Notes under the pieces: model-generated
The model's database searches: none
What the model was told of the DNA's origin: nothing
What the model saw: only the letters and a program-made list of their open reading frames with translations
Position numbers and translations under genes: made by a program
Shown here: piece by piece, positions 54,514 to 58,489 of the stretch
How the letters are laid out: every line of letters starts with the position of its first letter
Position numbering within the stretch: the stretch's first letter is position 1
Assembly: GCA_042218065.1 (NCBI GenBank)
Contig: JBDGRL010000087.1
Span: 1-58,489, forward strand
From: Candidatus Magasanikiibacteriota bacterium
Lineage (GTDB): Bacteria > Patescibacteriota > Patescibacteriia > Magasanikbacterales > UBA922
Length of the DNA: 58,489 bases
Direction: 5' to 3'

Positions 54514-54611
54514 TCAGAAAAATAACCGAAAGCAATAACTCAGCAAGTAGAGTGTCCACGGTGTATACCATCTTTTGCAGAATCTAGCTCTTTTTGTTCA
54601 TTAATAAAATA

Positions 54612-54645
54612 GCCGGAGTCGAATCAGACTCCGGCTATCAATCAC
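54612..54645. terminator. Bidirectional terminator hairpin between convergent genes
   Basis: AGCCGGAGTC / GACTCCGGCT with the 6-nt loop GAATCA. Confidence 0.65.
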
Positions 54646-54660
54646 TTAAATCCGTGGTTT

Positions 54661-55146
54661 TTACTGCTGTAAGCAGGGTTGGATTTGCTTTAGATCATCC
54701 TGAGAAAAGCTTTGTTGTGAAAGAATTTTCATCATTTTAGCTGTTCCTAACTCCTCTTTAGCACATTTTTTAAACTGCTCAGGATTTTGTTTTATTTTTT
54801 CTATTACTCCAGACTCTTTTAATTGATTAATCTGTGACTCAGAAACAGGCAAATCCTCGACACTCTGAATCTCTCCAGAACTTGCTTTTTGAAAAGTTTC
54901 AAAATAATCCTGAACCCCGAACATATTTGAGTACCAAACATAGGCTGCACCTCCAATAACAGCCAAAATAATTACAATTATAACTATCATAATTCCACCA
55001 CATCCTGCGACAGCACAAGTGGCTGCATCGCTGTTTCCACTACTACCAGACTGATTGCTTGTATTTTGATTAGTATTTGCTTGTTGTTGGTTTTGAGAGC
55101 CAGGCTTTTGTTGGTTTTGTGGGTTTGCTGGTTTATCTGGTGACAT
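54661..55146 (-). CDS. Q/N-rich N-terminus + single TM + small C-terminal domain protein
   Basis: PQNQQKPGSQNQQQANTNQNTSNQSGSSGN, then TM GGIMIVIIVIILAVIGGAAYVWY. Confidence 0.5.
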   Translation of the reverse strand: MSPDKPANPQNQQKPGSQNQQQANTNQNTSNQSGSSGNSDAATCAVAGCGGIMIVIIVIILAVIGGAAYVWYSNMFGVQDYFETFQKASSGEIQSVEDLPVSESQINQLKESGVIEKIKQNPEQFKKCAKEELGTAKMMKILSQQSFSQDDLKQIQPCLQQ

Positions 55147-55157
55147 AATCTATCTTA

Positions 55158-55766
55158 TTAGAGTTGATTTTCAGCTATATCTCCTATAACTGGCAGTTTG
55201 AACATCTCTCCTTGCCACGCTTTGTAAATAAGGAACAAGATGACCAATATGATAAGTGGGCCAGAAAACAGAGCGACAAAGAAGCCTATTATCGGAATAA
55301 ACTCTAGAATGTAGAAGAAGATGTAAAGAGACAAGGATGTGATTATGGACTGAATAGCATGAAATTTCACAAAATTACTGTCTTCTTCTATCACCAAAAA
55401 GATAATACCTGTAATAAAGCCTAACGCATAAGCTAAAGCTCCTGCTATATTTTCATCAAGCCCTGTACTGCTTCCGGAGCCGCCCTGGCTCGCTGCTGCC
55501 TGATTCTGTTGGTTCCTGTTCTGTTGCTGTGCTGGTCCTTGATTTTGGGCTTGAGCTTGTTGTTGGGTCTGATTTGGTTGATTTCTACTTTGTTGTTGTG
55601 CTCCCCCTTGATTTTGAGTCTGAGCTTGCTGTCCGCCTTGTTGTGTCTGTCCTCCTTGCACTTGTTGAGGCTGAGCTTGCCCCTGTCCGTCTCCTGCTTG
55701 AGACGGCTGTCCTTCTTGGGGTTGTTGCTGTCCTCCGCCTTGACCTGATTGTTGTTGGTCTGGCAT
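55158..55766 (-). CDS. Q/G-rich low-complexity N-terminus fused to a DUF4870-like membrane domain
   Basis: About 100 aa of (Q/G/P/A) repeats, then NIAGALAYALGFITGIIFLVIEEDSNFVKFHAIQSI. Confidence 0.6.
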   Translation of the reverse strand: MPDQQQSGQGGGQQQPQEGQPSQAGDGQGQAQPQQVQGGQTQQGGQQAQTQNQGGAQQQSRNQPNQTQQQAQAQNQGPAQQQNRNQQNQAAASQGGSGSSTGLDENIAGALAYALGFITGIIFLVIEEDSNFVKFHAIQSIITSLSLYIFFYILEFIPIIGFFVALFSGPLIILVILFLIYKAWQGEMFKLPVIGDIAENQL

Positions 55767-55831
55767 AAGAAGTTATTAAGTATTACTTGTTTTAGTTTAA
55801 CAATTGCAGAGTTTATTTACAAATTTTGTTA

Positions 55832-55929
55832 CCGAGGCCGTTGAAAAACTTTAGCGAGATTCGAACCCATTACCGAACCCCTTCAATGAGCCAAGCTCAA
55901 GACTTCAACTCGGCAGGTGTTCTGCACCC
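55832..55929. repeat. Structured intergenic element, copy B (homologous to 29009-29110)
   Basis: By hand alignment, 16/20 matches in the CCGAGGCCGTTGAAAAACT block and 17/22 in CAAGCTCAAGACTTCAACTCGG. The terminal CTGCACCC is identical. Confidence 0.6.
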
Positions 55930-56032
55930 TAACTTTATTTAATAATCTTGTTTAATCAGTTAAATTTTTGATATTATCCTAATGTAGAAAATTTCTAAAA
56001 TAGATTTACAACATTAATATTACAATAAATAA

Positions 56033-57709
56033 ATGAAAAACAAAGAGGTAGCTACAATCTTACATGAAATAGCTGATTTACTCGAGATGAAAGATGTCGA
56101 GTGGAAACCCCGTGCATATAGAAAGGCAGCGCGGGAGATTGGAGGTCTTAGCGAAGATATTACAGATGTATATGAACAAGGTGAGATAGAAGAAATTGAA
56201 GGTATTGGAGAGGGAATAGCTGAAAAGATACGTGAATATTTAGATGAAGGGGAAATTGAATATCATCAGGAGCTAAAAGAAGATCTTCCGGTGGATATAG
56301 AGGCTATGACTGCAGTGGAAGGGCTGGGGCCAAAGAGTATCAAAAAGCTGTATCAAGAGCTGGGGATCACTGAACTAGAAGAGCTCAAACAAGCAGCGCA
56401 AGATGAAAAGATAGAAGAGGTAGAGGGGTTTGGTAAAAAGTCTCAACAAAAAATACTGGATCATATCGAGATGGCGATTATGAACAAACAACGAATGCTG
56501 CTAGGAGAAGCTTGGCCGATCGCGCAAGAGCTTAAACAGCAGCTAAGGCAATCAGATAACTTTAACCGTATCGATATAGCGGGATCATACCGAAGACGCA
56601 AACCCACGATAGGTGATCTAGATATACTTGCCACCTCCAACAATCCGGACCAAGCCATGGAAGAGTTTTGTAACCTGAAAGACACAAAAGAGGTACTAGC
56701 CCAAGGTGAAACCAAATCGTCCATAGTAGTTTCAGGCAATCTACAAATTGATCTAAGGTTAATAGATTCAGACTCATACGGCTCAGCACTAAATTATTTC
56801 ACAGGCTCAAAAGATCATGGGATAACACTTAGAAGTCTAGCTAAAGACCAAGACAAAAAACTAAGCGAGTACGGGGTTTTTAAAGAAGACACCGAAGAAA
56901 AACTAGCCGGAGAAACCGAAAAGAGGGTATATGAGGAGCTGGGCTTACAGTTTATCGAACCTGAGCTGAGAGAAGACACCGGGGAAGTAAAAGCAGCAAA
57001 ACAAAATGAGCTGCCTAACCTAATAGAGCCAGATCAGATAAAAGGAGATATGCAGATGCACACGAACTATAGTGACGGCGATAACTCAATAGAAGAGATG
57101 GCTAAAAAAGCGCAAGAGTTGGGATATGAATACATCACCATCACTGATCATGGACCGACCGTGAGTGTGGCTGGGGGGATGGAGATAGAGGGATTTAAAG
57201 AGCAAGAAAAAGAGATAGATAAAGTAAACGAAAAGTTGGATATAGAGATACTACACGGAGCAGAACTGGATATAGTAGAAGGCGGTCTTGATCTAGATAA
57301 AGAAGATTGTAAGTTTTTCGATGTGACTCTAGCAGCAATGCACAATGAAACCTCCAACCCAACCGAAGATCTAGTCAAAGCTTTCAGTGAGTGGCCGATA
57401 GATATATGGGCACACCCATTAAATAGAAAGGTAAACAAAAGAAAACCAATCGAGTTTGATCCAGATCGAGCTATAGAAGCAGCTGCAGATAATGATATAG
57501 TAGTCGAGATCAATGCCAACCCCGAAAGGTTGGATCTACCCTGGAGGTTGGTAAAAAAATACAAAGATAAAGTAAACTTCGTAATCTCAACTGATGCTCA
57601 CTCCACCTCGAACTTGGAGTACATGAAGTTTGGAGTGTTTCAGGCAAGGCGGGGGTGGTTGGAAAAGAGTGATGTAATTAATACTAAACCTTTATCAAAA
57701 TTATTTTAG
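56033..57709 (+). CDS. polX: Family X DNA polymerase with C-terminal PHP phosphoesterase domain
   Basis: HhH motifs (GIGEGIAEKI, GLGPKSIKKL), GSYRRRKPTIGDLDIL catalytic Asp pair, and PHP motifs MHTNYSDG ... ITDHG ... STDAH. Confidence 0.9.
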   Translation: MKNKEVATILHEIADLLEMKDVEWKPRAYRKAAREIGGLSEDITDVYEQGEIEEIEGIGEGIAEKIREYLDEGEIEYHQELKEDLPVDIEAMTAVEGLGPKSIKKLYQELGITELEELKQAAQDEKIEEVEGFGKKSQQKILDHIEMAIMNKQRMLLGEAWPIAQELKQQLRQSDNFNRIDIAGSYRRRKPTIGDLDILATSNNPDQAMEEFCNLKDTKEVLAQGETKSSIVVSGNLQIDLRLIDSDSYGSALNYFTGSKDHGITLRSLAKDQDKKLSEYGVFKEDTEEKLAGETEKRVYEELGLQFIEPELREDTGEVKAAKQNELPNLIEPDQIKGDMQMHTNYSDGDNSIEEMAKKAQELGYEYITITDHGPTVSVAGGMEIEGFKEQEKEIDKVNEKLDIEILHGAELDIVEGGLDLDKEDCKFFDVTLAAMHNETSNPTEDLVKAFSEWPIDIWAHPLNRKVNKRKPIEFDPDRAIEAAADNDIVVEINANPERLDLPWRLVKKYKDKVNFVISTDAHSTSNLEYMKFGVFQARRGWLEKSDVINTKPLSKLF

Positions 57710-57807
57710 CCTATACTACTAAACTAATTTGACTTTCTATTATTATTATTTAAAATATAAGTGTTCTTTCCCGCCCTTTTCAGCAACTCAGAAAAGGAGG
57801 AATAGCT

Positions 57808-58287
57808 ATGCCTACATCGTCAATTGACGAAGAAGTATCCCTGCCTGAACCATTCATAATAAAAGCTGATACACCACTGAAGATTCATGTAACAGCTAGC
57901 AAATATGATCACAAGTATCCTCCCTACGAAGAACCATTGATGAATATTTCCCCTATAAGAGAAGAAGGAGATTTTAGTCGATCTGCACCTAAGTCTAAAA
58001 TTCCAGCAAAGTTGATATTAGAAGACCCTAAAGATCCTTTCTATAGCGTAATCTCAAAGAATAAGAGAATAGAAATTTTTCACCAACCAGAAGGAAAAAT
58101 CTTTAAAGTTATACTCTCGATAAAATGGTTAAGAAGTAGCGGACATCATTACGGAAGAGGTCCAAACAGTTACTGTAAAGATAGTTGGTCTTTCAAAACC
58201 ATGGAAGACTTTTTTCAAGAAACCTGGGAAGACGAAGATACCTTCCCTAAGCTAGAAATCGACACAGAAAAGGAAGTTACAGATTAA
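57808..58287 (+). CDS. Hypothetical protein
   Basis: AAGGAGG SD, partly sequestered by the hairpin 57775-57797. No motif recognised. Confidence 0.4.
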   Translation: MPTSSIDEEVSLPEPFIIKADTPLKIHVTASKYDHKYPPYEEPLMNISPIREEGDFSRSAPKSKIPAKLILEDPKDPFYSVISKNKRIEIFHQPEGKIFKVILSIKWLRSSGHHYGRGPNSYCKDSWSFKTMEDFFQETWEDEDTFPKLEIDTEKEVTD

Positions 58288-58407
58288 AATAATGAAGGAT
58301 AATAAAAGTGCCGACTAAGCTCTGCTTAGTCGGTTTTCATTTTAAATACTAAAAAAATTTCCAATAATTTATTATAATTCATAAGGAAATTATTAATATC
58401 AAATAAT

Positions 58408-58489
58408 ATGAATAATATAGCACTACTCATCGACTCAGGCTACCAAGACGCAGAAGTCATCTACCCATACTATCGACTACAAGAAGCAG
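58408..58489 (+). CDS. DJ-1/PfpI-family protein, N-terminal fragment (runs off the window)
   Basis: MNNIALLIDSGYQDAEVIYPYYRLQEA matches the PfpI-type start (ADGFEDxExxxPxxRLxEAG). Confidence 0.55.
   Translation, partial: MNNIALLIDSGYQDAEVIYPYYRLQEA

Noticed and set aside
54183-54571. Minus-strand ORFs 54183-54467 and 54356-54571 overlapping the Cys-rich peptide gene
   Set aside because: The plus-strand ORF has an SD, a signal peptide and an ordered Cys pattern. The minus-strand ORFs have none of these and would lack a promoter context.
55832-55929. Copy B read on the minus strand as a long-arm tRNA (GCCGAGUUGAAG D-loop-like, GGGUUCGAAUC T-loop-like)
   Set aside because: I could not build a 5-bp anticodon stem with a 7-nt loop, a paired T-stem or an acceptor stem. 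It is probably only tRNA-like fragments.
1-58489. Alternative genetic code (UGA read as Gly or Trp), as in some small-genome lineages
   Set aside because: Conserved proteins (fusA, rpsL, rnc, cysNC, polX) are full length under the standard code. Several genes end cleanly at TGA (for example 1801, 16087 and 44022), with terminators or the next gene right after.

Overview
Visibly AT-rich, gene-dense bacterial chromosomal segment with most genes on the minus strand. Recognisable housekeeping content: rpsL-rpsG-fusA, rpmB (unlisted small ORF), rpmF (unlisted)-nusB-rnc, ndk, tmk, trhO, mltG, tRNA-Lys(CUU), tRNA-Arg(UCG), two UvrD-type helicases (one fused to a PD-(D/E)XK nuclease) and a PolX-PHP polymerase. 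Also present are a sulfate-activation module (cysD, cysNC, cysQ-like) and envelope genes (FemAB-like, PAP2 phosphatase, sugar nucleotidyltransferase, GT4, DUF4012-like giant protein). Near-consensus TTGACA-N16-18-TATAAT promoters and intrinsic terminators are easy to read, while many genes lack a Shine-Dalgarno. Gene content and style suggest an uncultivated small-genome lineage, but lineage cannot be decided from this window. The four most unusual items follow. (1) At 14.7-18.6 kb, two paralogous modules (own promoter, 29-codon ORF, conserved helices plus terminator, ATP-grasp enzyme) flank a class-I glutamine amidotransferase. This is a candidate uncharacterised peptide-ligase/RiPP-like or attenuation-controlled locus. 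(2) From tRNA-Arg (31.0 kb) to about 40 kb, single-gene cassettes are separated by six direct copies of a ~29-nt repeat resembling a tRNA 3-prime end. No integrase is visible, one cassette carries a DnaA box plus 11-bp iterons, and another is conspicuously GC-rich. (3) A ~183-nt promoter-to-terminator structured RNA (6S-like rod) lies downstream of ndk. (4) A ~100-nt structured intergenic element is present in two homologous copies plus a partial third copy. All functional calls rest on motif recognition by eye; no database search was run.
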